From positions 1 to 64,000 of the forward strand of contig JBQLZK010000004.1 of assembly GCA_052168235.1 (NCBI GenBank): DNA of 64,000 bases. Reading direction: 5' to 3'. The position numbers and the translations under genes were made by a program. The stretch comes from Thainema sp. GTDB lineage: Bacteria; Cyanobacteriota; Cyanobacteriia; Phormidesmidales; Phormidesmidaceae. Below, piece by piece: positions 10,679 through 21,612 of this stretch; the first letter of the stretch is position 1; each line of letters starts with the position of its first letter. The notes under the pieces were generated by a model, which was not told the origin of the DNA, ran no database searches, and worked only from the letters and a program-made list of their open reading frames with translations.

Positions 10679-10754
10679 AGATTGTGCTCAACTCCTTTGC
10701 TTCCTTTTCCCCTGCTGCTTATAAAATTAGGGTTATTGTCATCAGGTTAATTCC

Positions 10755-11696
10755 GTGACTCAGAGCCATTCCAATCCCAATGACTATCGCGCCGAAGTTC
10801 GCTGGGTATTGACGTGGACATTGGCACTGAATGTGCTGGTTGTTTTGCTCAAGTCCGTCGTGGGCTGGTGGACGGGTTCGCTCAGCTTACTGGCCGATGC
10901 CCTCCACAGCGTTACGGACAGCGCCAACAATGTCCTAGGCTTAATTACGAATCAAATCGCCTCGCCCGAACCGGATCGCGATCATCCCTATGGGCATCAA
11001 AAGTATGAAGCAGTCGGTGCGTTGGGTATTGCTGCATTTTTGGGCATTGCCTGCTTTGAAATTCTCAAGGGAGCAGTAGATCGGCTGATTCAGGGCGGTG
11101 GTGAGGTAGAAATGTCGGCTCCAGCCCTGTGGATCATGCTGCTGGTGCTGGGAATTAATATTTTCGTGGCGTTCTATGAGCGACGGATTGGCAATCGACT
11201 GGGCAGTAAGATTTTGATCGCTGATGCTTACCATACGATGAGCGACATCTGGATTACGATTACCGTGCTGGGTGGGCTGATTGGCGTTTGGGCGGGTTTT
11301 CAGTGGTTGGATATTGTGCTGGCGTTTCCGGTGGCAATTCTGGTCTTTCGCAGCGGTTGGGAAGTGCTGAAATCGAATTTGCCCTGGCTGGTGGATGAAA
11401 TGGCGATCGCACCTGAGGCCATTTACGAAACCGTGATGCAGGTGTCGGGAGTTATCAACTGTCACGACATTGCCTCTCGTGGCCTGCTGGGGCGGCAAAT
11501 TTTTATCGACATGCACCTGATCGTGGCCGCGCGGGATGTCGCTACAGCCCATGAAATTACAGAAGCAGTGGAAGAAAAGCTAGAAGCGAAGTACGGGCCA
11601 GTCCGCTGCACCATTCACGTGGAACCACCTGCTTACAAATCAGAACAGATTAGCTATGGCAATGCGGTATCAAATGATCCCCACAACGGCTTATAG
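10755..11696 (+). CDS. Cation diffusion facilitator (CDF) transporter
   Basis: SLLADALHSVTD, HPYGHQKYE, ADAYHTMSD, six TM segments, IHVEP. Confidence 0.93.
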   Translation: MTQSHSNPNDYRAEVRWVLTWTLALNVLVVLLKSVVGWWTGSLSLLADALHSVTDSANNVLGLITNQIASPEPDRDHPYGHQKYEAVGALGIAAFLGIACFEILKGAVDRLIQGGGEVEMSAPALWIMLLVLGINIFVAFYERRIGNRLGSKILIADAYHTMSDIWITITVLGGLIGVWAGFQWLDIVLAFPVAILVFRSGWEVLKSNLPWLVDEMAIAPEAIYETVMQVSGVINCHDIASRGLLGRQIFIDMHLIVAARDVATAHEITEAVEEKLEAKYGPVRCTIHVEPPAYKSEQISYGNAVSNDPHNGL

Positions 11697-11724
11697 TGGA
11701 GTTGCTGCGAATTCTTAAGCAATC

Positions 11725-12918
11725 GTGAAAGCAATTACGCTCCTTGGCTCAACCGGATCTATTGGTACACAAACGCTCGACATTGTTGAACACCATCCCG
11801 ACCAGTTTCGGCTAGTGGGTTTAGCGGCCCGCAGTAACGTCGAGCTACTGGCTCAGCAAGTCCGCCAGTTTCGCCCCGAAATCGTCGCCATTTGCGATCG
11901 CACCAAGTTTGACGAGTTGAAAACTGCGATCGCAGATCTCGATCCACAACCGATTTGCCTATCAGGAGAAGAAGGCGTCGTCGAAGTGGCGCGCTACGGT
12001 GACGCTGAATCGGTGGTGACCGGGATTGTCGGTTGCGCCGGATTATTGCCCACGATTGCCGCGATTGAGGCCGGCAAAGATATTGCCCTGGCCAATAAGG
12101 AAACGCTGATTGCGGGTGGCCCGGTTGTCTTGCCGCTAGTGGAGCAGCACAACGTCAAGCTGCTGCCTGCGGATTCAGAGCACTCGGCCATTTTCCAGTG
12201 TTTGCAGGGTGTGCCAGAAGGGGGACTGCGGCGGATTCTGCTGACCGCATCCGGCGGCGCATTTCGCGATTGGCCCGTGGAGAAGTTGAGCACCGTCAAG
12301 GTATCCGATGCACTGAAGCATCCCAATTGGTCAATGGGCCGCAAGATTACGGTAGACTCGGCCACGCTGATGAATAAAGGGCTAGAAGTGATCGAAGCCC
12401 ACTACCTGTTCGGCATGGATTACGACCACATCGACATCGTGATCCATCCCCAGAGCATTATTCACTCGCTGATTGAGCTACAGGATACGTCGGTATTAGC
12501 GCAGCTTGGCTGGCCGGATATGCGGTTGCCGCTGCTTTATGCGCTCTCCTGGCCGGAGCGGATTTATACCGATTGGGAACCGTTGGATCTGGTGAAAGCG
12601 GGCGATTTGACCTTCCGCGAACCGGATCACAACAAGTATCCCTGTATGAATTTGGCCTATGCAGCAGGTCGAGCGGGTGGCTCCATGCCTGCGGTGCTAA
12701 ATGCCGCTAATGAGAAAGCTGTAGAGCTGTTCCTGGACGAAAAAATTCAGTTCCTCGACATTCCCCGCCTGATTGAACAAGTTTGCGATCGCCACCAGTC
12801 CGACAACAAAGCGCAGCCAAGCTTAGATGATATCCTTGCGGCTGATCAGTGGGCACGGCAAACGGCTTTGGCAGTCAGTGAATCGCTAGACAGCAGTTCC
12901 TACGTCAGCCTCCGCTAA
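11725..12918 (+). CDS. dxr: 1-deoxy-D-xylulose 5-phosphate reductoisomerase
   Basis: [42 protein letters not shown]. Confidence 0.98.
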   Translation: MKAITLLGSTGSIGTQTLDIVEHHPDQFRLVGLAARSNVELLAQQVRQFRPEIVAICDRTKFDELKTAIADLDPQPICLSGEEGVVEVARYGDAESVVTGIVGCAGLLPTIAAIEAGKDIALANKETLIAGGPVVLPLVEQHNVKLLPADSEHSAIFQCLQGVPEGGLRRILLTASGGAFRDWPVEKLSTVKVSDALKHPNWSMGRKITVDSATLMNKGLEVIEAHYLFGMDYDHIDIVIHPQSIIHSLIELQDTSVLAQLGWPDMRLPLLYALSWPERIYTDWEPLDLVKAGDLTFREPDHNKYPCMNLAYAAGRAGGSMPAVLNAANEKAVELFLDEKIQFLDIPRLIEQVCDRHQSDNKAQPSLDDILAADQWARQTALAVSESLDSSSYVSLR

Positions 12919-12960
12919 ACATGCTCTTACGCAAAACATCCGCGACCCAAACGTTGGTTG

Positions 12961-13017
12961 GTAATATCAAGACCGGGGGAGTGCCTCTCCGGGGAACTCC
13001 CTCGGTCTTGATGTTAC
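12961..13017. repeat. Imperfect long palindrome between dxr and cobH-like gene
   Basis: GTAATATCAAGACCGGGGGAGT ... ACTCCCTCGGTCTTGATGTTAC. Confidence 0.7.
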
Positions 13018-13058
13018 GAGTTGAACTACGTTTAGCTACTTATCGATAAACAATTGAC

Positions 13059-13685
13059 ATGGAATGGCACGTGACGGATGCTCAGAGCTTGCGAATTATT
13101 GATCGTGAAATTGGCGAACACACCTTTTCTCCATCGGAGTACGAAATTGTCCGACGAGTGATCTATGCAACGGCTGACTTTGAATACAAGTCGCTGGTGC
13201 GGTTCTCGGATCAGGCTCTACAGGCCGGAGCAGCGGCGCTAGCTGCCCGCAGTACGATTGTGGTGGATGTGCCGATGGTGCAGGTCGGCATTGCCCAGCG
13301 CATTCAAGACACGTTCGCCAATCCGATTTACTGTAGCCTGGATGCTCTCACCCGTCCCCAGCGCCGCAAAACCCGCGCCGCTTGGGGTACAGAGACTCTA
13401 GCTCGCCGCTATCCCGAAGGTGTTTTTGTCGTCGGAGAAGCTCAGACCGCGCTAGAGTCCCTGGCCAACTTGATTGAATCTGGTGAGATTCGTCCCGCGC
13501 TAGTAATTGCCACACCTGCTGGATTTATCAACACCGAGCAGGCTAAACAGCGGCTGCAAGACCATCTGATTCCGCATATTCGCATTGAAGGTCGCAAAGG
13601 TAGCTCTGTTGTTGCTGCCGCCATTGTCAATGGCCTAGTGGATCTGGCATGGCAAGCCTACGGGCATGAGCGGAAAAGTCCTTGA
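13059..13685 (+). CDS. cobH: Precorrin-8X methylmutase (CobH/CbiC) family protein
   Basis: RRVIYATADF, DVPMVQVGI, GRKGSSVVAAAIVN. Confidence 0.8.
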   Translation: MEWHVTDAQSLRIIDREIGEHTFSPSEYEIVRRVIYATADFEYKSLVRFSDQALQAGAAALAARSTIVVDVPMVQVGIAQRIQDTFANPIYCSLDALTRPQRRKTRAAWGTETLARRYPEGVFVVGEAQTALESLANLIESGEIRPALVIATPAGFINTEQAKQRLQDHLIPHIRIEGRKGSSVVAAAIVNGLVDLAWQAYGHERKSP

Positions 13686-13704
13686 ATCATAACTTCCAGA
13701 AAGA

Positions 13705-13736
13705 CGATCTGGCCGCCGCATGCGGCGGCCAGATCG
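13705..13736. terminator. Palindrome between convergent genes, probable bidirectional terminator
   Basis: CGATCTGGCCGCCGCATGCGGCGGCCAGATCG. Confidence 0.6.
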
Positions 13737-13763
13737 CCTTTTGAGGCTTTTACTTAGGCGAAA

Positions 13764-16700
13764 TTAGGCAAAACTCTGCACTTGGCTCAGCATTCGCTCT
13801 ACCCAGGCTGCGTCAAAAATGATGCTGTAAATGCGGTTGTGGGCGACTAAATAGCCCTCCTGCTGGATTACCAGCCCCGACAGCAACAGCTCCATTTGAC
13901 CGGGATAATCGGAAACATGAAGGCTTTCCTGCTGGAGAATGCGACGATAAAGTTCAAGCTGCTGGGCCGCTTGTGGACTGGACAAAATGCGATCGCGGAT
14001 TGTCCGCAAATGTTCAGGCTCATCATTCAGCTCCCAGTTTTTGATAATCTGCTCCTGCACTAGGTCGCTGATCCACTCCTGTTCATGATTGGCCGAGATT
14101 GTGATGTGGGAACCGCGAATTAGCTTACAAATTTTCTGCGTTAAAAACGGCTGACCGTTTGTCCAATACAGAATTTCCCGCAGCACCGCCTGTGGATTCG
14201 CCACCTTTTCCGCCAAACCATAAAGCAGCGGCTGGGCCTCGTGGATTTGGAAATCTTTAAGCTGAATCGCCTCACCAATGTTAAACGGGGTGCGGGCTTT
14301 ATCATGAATCAACTGCGACGGGGTTGCGACGCCAAACAGGGCAAAGGTCAACCGCTGATAATTGGCATCATCCGCCCGCTTGTTGTAGCAGGATCGCAGC
14401 AGGACAAAAAAGTCATCAATCTCAAAATCAAGATTAATCACGCTGTCAATTTCGTCAATGAAAATCACAATTTTTTGGCTAATTTGCCCCAGCAGCACCT
14501 GATGAATAAACTCACCCAGTCGCTGCACGGGCGACAGCAATTCGCGATCGCGCCACCACTGGCGAATATCCACTTGACCTAACAGGTCAAAATTGGTTGC
14601 CAGCGTATACAAAAATCCGGCATACCACTGCTCCGGAGAGAGCCGCCGATTACCAATCTCGGAAATATCAATCGCCGCACAGGCAAACCCTTCCGCCTCT
14701 AACCGCCGCATCATCTGCACCCGCAGGCTCGATTTACCCATCTGCCGCGCATTCAGCACATAGCAAAACTTACCCTGCTTTAGTCCTGCATATAAATAGC
14801 GATCGGCCTGTCGCACCACGTAGGTCGGCGCATCCAGCGGTAAACTGCCGCCCACCTGATAATCGAACTGTTCCGCCGCTTCATCACTCCGCAGCAGCGC
14901 ATTTTCAATCATCAGTTCCGCTTGGGTCGCCTTGAGGATTTGCAGCGTTTCTGACAACTTGCGAGTCCGTTCCTCTACCCGCTCTTCCAAAATTTCTTTC
15001 TGCCGCCGCTGATCGGTGATGTCGGCAATAATGCCCTCGTAGTAGAGCAGGTGGCCGTCTTCACTTTGTACAGCCCGCGTATTCTCTTCCACCCAAATAA
15101 TTGAACCATCTTTGCGATAGCTCTGATACACCAGATTTTTGACCTCGCCATATTGCGTCATCCGGCGCTGAAACTCTTCCTGATCTGCCGGATCAACATA
15201 AATTTGCTGCTCAATATTATCAACGCTATCGATCATCTCCTGCGGTGAAGCGTAACCATAAATGCGCGCCATCGCTGGATTGATCCGAATAAAACTACCG
15301 CTGGGCGTGGACTGAAAGATACCTTCCAGCGCATTCTCAAAAATGCCCCGATAGTTTTGTTCCGCAATCCGCAACGCCGCTTCCGCTCGCTTCTGTTCGG
15401 AGATGTTGCGGATAATCATCAGCACCTCATCTTCACCTGTCACTACCATCCGCACTTCTTCGTACTGGACGTGACCGTCAATATTGAGCTGCTGCTCATA
15501 GACCTGCATCGCCCCGGTTTCTAATGTGCGCTGAATGTAGTGCATCCGTCGCTGCGCCTCGACGGGCGGCAGAGAATCATAGACGCTGCTATTGACTTGG
15601 AAATCTGGGCTGTCATGAATCGAGAGGCGGTTACGTCCCTGAATTTCGCGATAGATGCCATCGTGACTGACGCGAATCAGTAAATCAGGCATAGCCATAA
15701 TCAATGCCCGCTGGTTTGCCTCACTCAGCCGCAAAGCATTCTCCGCTTTCAACCGCTCGGTAATGTCGATGCCTGCGCCAACTAGAAACGCCTTGCCATC
15801 AATCATCATGGAGCGACCCGTGACAAAGTAAGGAATAATGTCCCCAGCTTTCGTCAGCAGATGCGTTTCAGCGACCGCTCCCTCTTCCGTAAAGGCCTGT
15901 TGAAAACGGCGCGCAATCAGATCGCGTTCGAACTCGGCCACTGTATCCAGCACGTGTACAGGGTTTGTCGCCAGCTCAGTCTGGGAATAGCCTAGAACTT
16001 TCGTAAATAGCTTGTTCCAGCGAATTAAGTAGCCGTTTTCATCATAGAGATAGAAAATACCGGGCATGCTGTCGATGATGTTGTCAGATACCTGTTTTTC
16101 CCGGCGCACCTCGGCCTCGGCCTGTTTGCGATCGGTGATATCCCGCACAATTACCAACACTTCATCTTCATTCAGGGGAATTAAGCGAGCTTCGTCAAAC
16201 TGGTGCTGACCATCAACCTCAATCTCGTATTCATAGATTTGTAGCTCATTCGTTTCTAATGCCCGCTGCACATAGTGCATGCGCTCGTCGGCATTCGCTT
16301 TTGGCATCGTGTCGTAAATGCTGATGCCAACCTGCATGGAATCTTCATTCAGAGTTTTTGTCGTGCGGCCTGGATTGAAGCCGGAATAAGTTCCATCCCG
16401 CCGAATCCGCAGCAGTAAGTCAGGAATGGCACTCACGATGGCTTGGTTTGTTGCCTGAGCCTGCCGTAAATCTTCTTGAGCCTGTCGCTCTTCGGTAATG
16501 TTGATGCCGACAATCACAATCGCTTTGCCCTGCTGGTATTTCTGAGCCGCCAGCAGGTAGTAAAACACCTGGTCGCCAACAGGAATAGGAATTTTGTCAA
16601 TAGCAGAGTTTTCGTTGCTGTCTAAAAACCGCTGAATAAATTTGACATAGTTTGGACTATTCCCCACAATGCCCACTCGTTGTCCCACCATATCTTCTGG

Positions 16701-18155
16701 ATCGAGATTGAGGGTACGGGCCAAGTGGGAGTTAATACCCAAGTAAACCCCATCGGATGAGATCCAGGAAATTGGCCCCGGCACAGCATCTAAAACCGCT
16801 TCTAGCTGATCTTTTGCTTCCGCTAACTGGTTTTTGGTCGCTTCTAGATCGGCATTCCGCGCCTCTAGCGCCATAAATGAATCCTGTAGCTGGCTGGCCA
16901 TTTGGTTAAACGATTGGGCTAGGCCACTGAGTTCGTGGGTGCGCTGCACATCGACCGGCTCATTCCAGCGGCCCAGGGCAATTTTCTTGGCCGCCTCGTT
17001 TAAGCGCGAAATGGGGCGGGTAATCCATTGAGCCGTCAGTGCGCCAATTGTAATCGCCACCAGCATGGCGACAAAGTAGAGGATTGCCGTTTGCCGCGCG
17101 CCATCTTGAATGCGGCCCATGAAGTCGGCTTCGGGAATGACAACGACAATCAGCCAGTCAATGCCACGGTTGTCATCAAACGGCACGACCTGAACAAACT
17201 GCTGTTCGCCATCTAAATCGAATTCCAGTTGCTGAGGCTGATGAATATGGGTAAGTCCTAGAGCGCTGGCGTTGAGATAAGCTGCGGTGCCGCTGATCAA
17301 CGGGTCACTGCTGTCTATGGCTGCACGATATTCAAAATCGTTCTCATCACTGACTGCCACGATGTCTTCGTCAGTAGACGTGGCGACCAGATTGCCGGAG
17401 CGATCCATGATAAACGTTTGACCGGATTCGCCCACCTTTAGCGATCGCAAAAATTCGCTCATTTCCTTCGGCAGGACAAAATCGGTTGCACAGACCCCCA
17501 GCACTTGTTTGCTGCCCGGTTCGTACACGGGATAACTGGCGGTCAGAGTGGGTAACAGACTATCAAAGTCAAGATAAATTTCGCCCCAGGTCGCGCCCCC
17601 TTTGCTTTTTGCTGCTTTGTACCAAGGACGCTGGCGAGCATCATAGGGCTTTTCCCAAATGTCTTTCAAAAACGTGCGTTCCCCAGTGCTGCTGAGGGCG
17701 TAGTAGTACCCAAAATAGTTGGTTGATTGGTTGTAGATCTGGAGCTGGGGCATTTTGTCCCCTTCGCGTTGCCCTACGCCCAGCAGCGAACCGTCTTTTT
17801 CTAGGCCACAGTAAATTAAGTTGGTGTTGGGATAGATTTTGGCCTGCTCCCACAGTTGGTTAAACCCTTCACCATTGGCCACGTCTAAATCGCCATTGAG
17901 CAACGCACTGGCATTAATTCGGTTAATCGCGTGGGGCACTTCAACATAGGAAAAAAGCTGTTGCTGAATCCGAGCTGAAATTTCGGTGCGGAGCTGCGAG
18001 GACAAATCACGTACGGTGGCCTCACTATGCCGAAAAGAAATGTAGCCGACGAGACTAACCGTGACCGCCAACTGGGCGATAAACGGCACCACCAACACGG
18101 TTCGCATCGGAGCTTGCCGAATTGAAGTGAGCAGAGAAAACGTCAGGCGGCGCAT
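13764..18155 (-). CDS. Membrane sensor: TM-Cache-TM-HAMP-~5xPAS-coiled coil-AAA_35 (STAND-like) NTPase
   Basis: YDARQRPWY Cache motif, HAMP (PISRL...[12 protein letters not shown]), repeated DITE/DRK PAS ends, then [16 protein letters not shown] Walker A, FIDEID Walker [12 protein letters not shown]. Confidence 0.85.
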   Translation of the reverse strand: MRRLTFSLLTSIRQAPMRTVLVVPFIAQLAVTVSLVGYISFRHSEATVRDLSSQLRTEISARIQQQLFSYVEVPHAINRINASALLNGDLDVANGEGFNQLWEQAKIYPNTNLIYCGLEKDGSLLGVGQREGDKMPQLQIYNQSTNYFGYYYALSSTGERTFLKDIWEKPYDARQRPWYKAAKSKGGATWGEIYLDFDSLLPTLTASYPVYEPGSKQVLGVCATDFVLPKEMSEFLRSLKVGESGQTFIMDRSGNLVATSTDEDIVAVSDENDFEYRAAIDSSDPLISGTAAYLNASALGLTHIHQPQQLEFDLDGEQQFVQVVPFDDNRGIDWLIVVVIPEADFMGRIQDGARQTAILYFVAMLVAITIGALTAQWITRPISRLNEAAKKIALGRWNEPVDVQRTHELSGLAQSFNQMASQLQDSFMALEARNADLEATKNQLAEAKDQLEAVLDAVPGPISWISSDGVYLGINSHLARTLNLDPEDMVGQRVGIVGNSPNYVKFIQRFLDSNENSAIDKIPIPVGDQVFYYLLAAQKYQQGKAIVIVGINITEERQAQEDLRQAQATNQAIVSAIPDLLLRIRRDGTYSGFNPGRTTKTLNEDSMQVGISIYDTMPKANADERMHYVQRALETNELQIYEYEIEVDGQHQFDEARLIPLNEDEVLVIVRDITDRKQAEAEVRREKQVSDNIIDSMPGIFYLYDENGYLIRWNKLFTKVLGYSQTELATNPVHVLDTVAEFERDLIARRFQQAFTEEGAVAETHLLTKAGDIIPYFVTGRSMMIDGKAFLVGAGIDITERLKAENALRLSEANQRALIMAMPDLLIRVSHDGIYREIQGRNRLSIHDSPDFQVNSSVYDSLPPVEAQRRMHYIQRTLETGAMQVYEQQLNIDGHVQYEEVRMVVTGEDEVLMIIRNISEQKRAEAALRIAEQNYRGIFENALEGIFQSTPSGSFIRINPAMARIYGYASPQEMIDSVDNIEQQIYVDPADQEEFQRRMTQYGEVKNLVYQSYRKDGSIIWVEENTRAVQSEDGHLLYYEGIIADITDQRRQKEILEERVEERTRKLSETLQILKATQAELMIENALLRSDEAAEQFDYQVGGSLPLDAPTYVVRQADRYLYAGLKQGKFCYVLNARQMGKSSLRVQMMRRLEAEGFACAAIDISEIGNRRLSPEQWYAGFLYTLATNFDLLGQVDIRQWWRDRELLSPVQRLGEFIHQVLLGQISQKIVIFIDEIDSVINLDFEIDDFFVLLRSCYNKRADDANYQRLTFALFGVATPSQLIHDKARTPFNIGEAIQLKDFQIHEAQPLLYGLAEKVANPQAVLREILYWTNGQPFLTQKICKLIRGSHITISANHEQEWISDLVQEQIIKNWELNDEPEHLRTIRDRILSSPQAAQQLELYRRILQQESLHVSDYPGQMELLLSGLVIQQEGYLVAHNRIYSIIFDAAWVERMLSQVQSFA

Positions 18156-18259
18156 AGGTGAGACAGCCTCTCAGGCTAGGGGTGAGTACATCGTAAAGCC
18201 CTGCGATCGCAAATAGCCAACAACGACAGCCAATAAAGACAGTCAAAGGAAGCCAAACG

Positions 18260-19636
18260 CTACTGGGGCAGTGCGTTCAGGCGCTCACTAAAGTAGCGGC
18301 TATAGAGTTCGCAACTGGGAATTGCCTGATTACTTTGTAACCGAACCAAACCGAGACTCTGCAATTTAAAGGCTTGGGTTAAATCCAGGTTAACGGGCTG
18401 TTTCGCCGCAACGACCTGAGCAAAGGCCGCAGATAGATCGCTATTTTGCTGGAGACTCCAAAGCTGACGCTGGAGATGATCTTCATAAATGCCAGATGCG
18501 ATCGCACTTGAGTTGATCACTTGCTCAAACGTCACGTCCTGATGCCATAGGTGATAAAACGCCAGTTGTACCAGATATGGATAGCCCCCCGTAAACTGCA
18601 TCAGCTGCTCATTCTGTACCGCTGACCATGCCAGTTCATACTTTTGGGCCAAGTCACACACCTGCTCTGGACTCAGCGCGTCCAGTTCAACCGGCAAGCC
18701 CACATTAAACGGCGACTTATTCACATTCAGCGGGATATAAACCTCGGTCGAATGCGCCACCACCAAGCGCAACTGCTTCCAAATATCGCGATTTTTGGCT
18801 TCTTCATGCCAAGCCCGCAGTAATCCAAAGAACTCATCGGCTAAATCGGGATACTGGAACAATCGATCTACGTCGTCTAGTGCCAGTACCAGCGGCTGAT
18901 TTAGCTTGGTCAGAATATATTGCTCAAAGTAGATCTTGCAGCTAATCTTGCTGCCAAATAGGTCGTCCCAATACTCATTCAGCTGATTAGGCAGGTGAAC
19001 CCCCAAGCCCACATTGGCGCAAAACCAGCGCAGAAACAGATCAAGATCTTCAAAAATGTCTTTGTCCGCCAGCTGGAAACTGAGCGAAACGGTTTTACAT
19101 CCCTGCTGGGCTGCTCGATGCAGAATGCGGGACAGCAGCGACGTTTTGCCTACGCGACGAGGTGCTTTGATGCGTACCAGGCCACCCGGCTGCAGCACCG
19201 TTTTGTAGCACTCTGGCTCAATTCCCGCACGCTCAACGTAGAACGTCGAGCCAATAGGAACCTGGCCTCCAGGCGGATCGGGCTCTAGGTCACCGCTCAC
19301 CATTTCGTCAGCTAGATCGCTATCGGTAGCGCCCGCGCTGCCTTCAACCTCCACGTCATCTAAATCATCCGGATAAAAGAAATCGCCAGTGTCTAACGTC
19401 AGGTTAAAGGCGCGAAAACAGTACTTTAGCGTTTGCTTATCGACCTTGGATTCGCAGGCCAGCACTTTCATCAGAGTATCAACGGCGAGCCCAGTTCGTT
19501 CACTTAGCGCTTCCAGCGTGTAGCGATTACCGTGGTTATTTTCAAATTCGGCATCGGTTTTGGCTTGCTGTAACTTGTCAAAACCCTGCGGCGTCAGGAT
19601 GACGCCCCGCCGTCGCCGTCGCTTTGGTTGATTCAT
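18260..19636 (-). CDS. HTH-like N-terminal domain plus AAA_35 NTPase
   Basis: RRGVILTPQG, YTLEALSERTGL..TL.KV helix-turn-helix; PGGQVP..S.FYVER, KAPRRVGKTS, LDDVD, SPFNVG, GGYPYLV. Confidence 0.85.
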   Translation of the reverse strand: MNQPKRRRRRGVILTPQGFDKLQQAKTDAEFENNHGNRYTLEALSERTGLAVDTLMKVLACESKVDKQTLKYCFRAFNLTLDTGDFFYPDDLDDVEVEGSAGATDSDLADEMVSGDLEPDPPGGQVPIGSTFYVERAGIEPECYKTVLQPGGLVRIKAPRRVGKTSLLSRILHRAAQQGCKTVSLSFQLADKDIFEDLDLFLRWFCANVGLGVHLPNQLNEYWDDLFGSKISCKIYFEQYILTKLNQPLVLALDDVDRLFQYPDLADEFFGLLRAWHEEAKNRDIWKQLRLVVAHSTEVYIPLNVNKSPFNVGLPVELDALSPEQVCDLAQKYELAWSAVQNEQLMQFTGGYPYLVQLAFYHLWHQDVTFEQVINSSAIASGIYEDHLQRQLWSLQQNSDLSAAFAQVVAAKQPVNLDLTQAFKLQSLGLVRLQSNQAIPSCELYSRYFSERLNALPQ

Positions 19637-19741
19637 GCTGGTTCCCTATTCGATCTGACCCATTCACACGATGTTTCAAAGTCTAGTATTGAGGAATTCT
19701 GCATTCTGCTGAAGATTTTTTTCAAAATCAACATATTCAAG

Positions 19742-20560
19742 CTAGCGCCGAGAGAAAAATGTATACGCCGCAAATGCGATCGCAATCATCGAAAACGAAA
19801 ACAGGGTAGTCAATGTGCCCAACGCATAGAGAGCGGGCGAGGTGACATTGGTTGTCATGCCAAAAATTTCCAGCGGCAGCGTATTATCCTGACCCGAAAT
19901 CAGCGACGTGCGGGTGAACTCATCATAGGACAGCGTAAAGGTGAGTAGTCCCACCCCAATTAAACTCGGCCCAATCAGCGGAAACACAATTTCCCAGAAC
20001 GTGCGACTATCGCCCGCCCCCAAATCCTTGGCCGCTTCTTCGTAGGACGGGTTAAAGCGATTAAAAATGCCCAGCATAATCAAAAACGCGATCGGCAGCG
20101 TCCAGGTTAAATGCGCTCCCAGTCCAGACGAAAACCAGTTGGTAGTGACACCTAGAACCTGGAAAACGACGCCAATGCCCAGAGAAATCAGAATACTGGG
20201 CACAATTAGACTGGAAATCGCTAGATAGAACAGCGCCGTCGATCCCTTGAATCGACTACGAAAGGACATACTGGCCATCACCGAAAACGCTGCCGCGATC
20301 ACCATGACCACGATGCCTAAAATTAGCGATCGCTGAAACGGTTCAACAAAATTACCAACCCGCTGCTCTTGGAAAACCTGGCCCAACCAGTAAAACCCAA
20401 AACTTCGCACCGGAAAGGTCAGCGTTCCATCTGGCCCCTGAAGCGACAGGATGAAAATCGTGAACATGGGGCCATAGAGAAAAATCACAAACAGCCCAAA
20501 GAACGCGGCCAAAATGTAAAACGAGAGCGGCTTTTTCCTGAGTTCCATGAGTTTACTCAT
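19742..20560 (-). CDS. ABC transporter permease (PotC-like)
   Basis: EEAAKDLGA EAA loop, SYDEF, TLPL; start set at ATG 20560 because the longer ORF runs through a repeat. Confidence 0.88.
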   Translation of the reverse strand: MSKLMELRKKPLSFYILAAFFGLFVIFLYGPMFTIFILSLQGPDGTLTFPVRSFGFYWLGQVFQEQRVGNFVEPFQRSLILGIVVMVIAAAFSVMASMSFRSRFKGSTALFYLAISSLIVPSILISLGIGVVFQVLGVTTNWFSSGLGAHLTWTLPIAFLIMLGIFNRFNPSYEEAAKDLGAGDSRTFWEIVFPLIGPSLIGVGLLTFTLSYDEFTRTSLISGQDNTLPLEIFGMTTNVTSPALYALGTLTTLFSFSMIAIAFAAYTFFSRR

Positions 20561-20575
20561 CAGTAATATGTGTGA

Positions 20576-20706
20576 TAAGGATTGTGAATTCAATAAGTTC
20601 GATATTGCGTAGGGGCGGGTTTCGCCGTCAACTCTATGACATGGTGCAGATTGGTCTACTAAACCCGCCCCTACAATTTGCCAATTTATTAAATCCACGC
20701 TCCTAA
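20576..20706. mobile_element. MITE/REPIN-like element: ~21-bp imperfect TIRs around a GTAGGGGCGGGTTT REP doublet (20609-20674)
   Basis: TAAGGATTGTGAATTCAATAA ... TTATTAAATCCACGCTCCTAA; REP arms identical to those at the RAYT locus. Confidence 0.7.
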
Positions 20707-20741
20707 GCGACCTGTAGGTTCCATCTAGAAGCAGCAGCTTT

Positions 20742-21599
20742 CTACAGCTCTTTGCGAATATCCACAACCCGCAAAATTGAAATTACCAGCATCATCGTCA
20801 CAATCAGCAAAATGACGGCATTAGCCGCCGCTAGGGGATACTGCAAGCTGCCAATTTGGGTCTGAATCAGCTTGCCAACCGATGCCGCCTGTCCCCCACC
20901 CATCAGGCGCACCGTGACAAACTCACCCATCACTAGCGTCACGATAAAAATGGAGCCGATCGCAATACCGGGAGCCGACAGCGGCAGAACAACTTCTTGA
21001 AATACCTGCAATCCCGATGCCCCCATATCCTCAGCAGCGGTAACTAATGTGCGGTCGATTCGCATCAGGCTGTTGAAAATCGGCGCAATCATAAAAATGA
21101 TATAGAGATGCACCATCCCCAGCACCACAGCAAAATCAGAATACAGCAAGAACTCCAGCGGCTGATCAATGGCTCCCACACCCAGCAGCATCTGGTTAAC
21201 CAGTCCCTCTTTGCCCAGCAGTGGAATCCAGGAAATCATGCGAATGATATTGGATGTCCAAAAGGGAATGGTACAGAACAAAAAGAGAAAAATTTGCCAG
21301 CGCAGATTAGTTACATGAAAGGATAAAAAATAAGCCACTGGATAGCCAATCAGCAGCGTTGCTAACCACACCAATCCCACGAACTTGAAGGTATTCAAGT
21401 ATGTTCTCAGCGTCACATCGGAGCTGAAAATGCCTTTGTAGTTATCCAGCGTGAATGCTGGTGTCATGGAGTAGCCGTTGAACTGCCAAAAACTGACAAT
21501 CCCGATCATCAAGATCGGAAAAACCAGAAACAGCAGAAACACCAGCGTCTGCGGCGTAACCAGGAAATAGGGCTTAAGCGCTTTCCAAGTGTTAGACAT
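20742..21599 (-). CDS. ABC transporter permease (PotB-like)
   Basis: IPFWTS.IIR, AAEDMGA EAA loop, multiple TM segments. Confidence 0.9.
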   Translation of the reverse strand: MSNTWKALKPYFLVTPQTLVFLLFLVFPILMIGIVSFWQFNGYSMTPAFTLDNYKGIFSSDVTLRTYLNTFKFVGLVWLATLLIGYPVAYFLSFHVTNLRWQIFLFLFCTIPFWTSNIIRMISWIPLLGKEGLVNQMLLGVGAIDQPLEFLLYSDFAVVLGMVHLYIIFMIAPIFNSLMRIDRTLVTAAEDMGASGLQVFQEVVLPLSAPGIAIGSIFIVTLVMGEFVTVRLMGGGQAASVGKLIQTQIGSLQYPLAAANAVILLIVTMMLVISILRVVDIRKEL

Positions 21600-21612
21600 A
21601 GTTCAGATAGGA

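Noticed and set aside
20561..20767. N-terminal extension of the PotC-like ORF
   Set aside because: It reads through the REP/TIR element and overlaps the upstream gene; ATG 20560 gives a normal permease.
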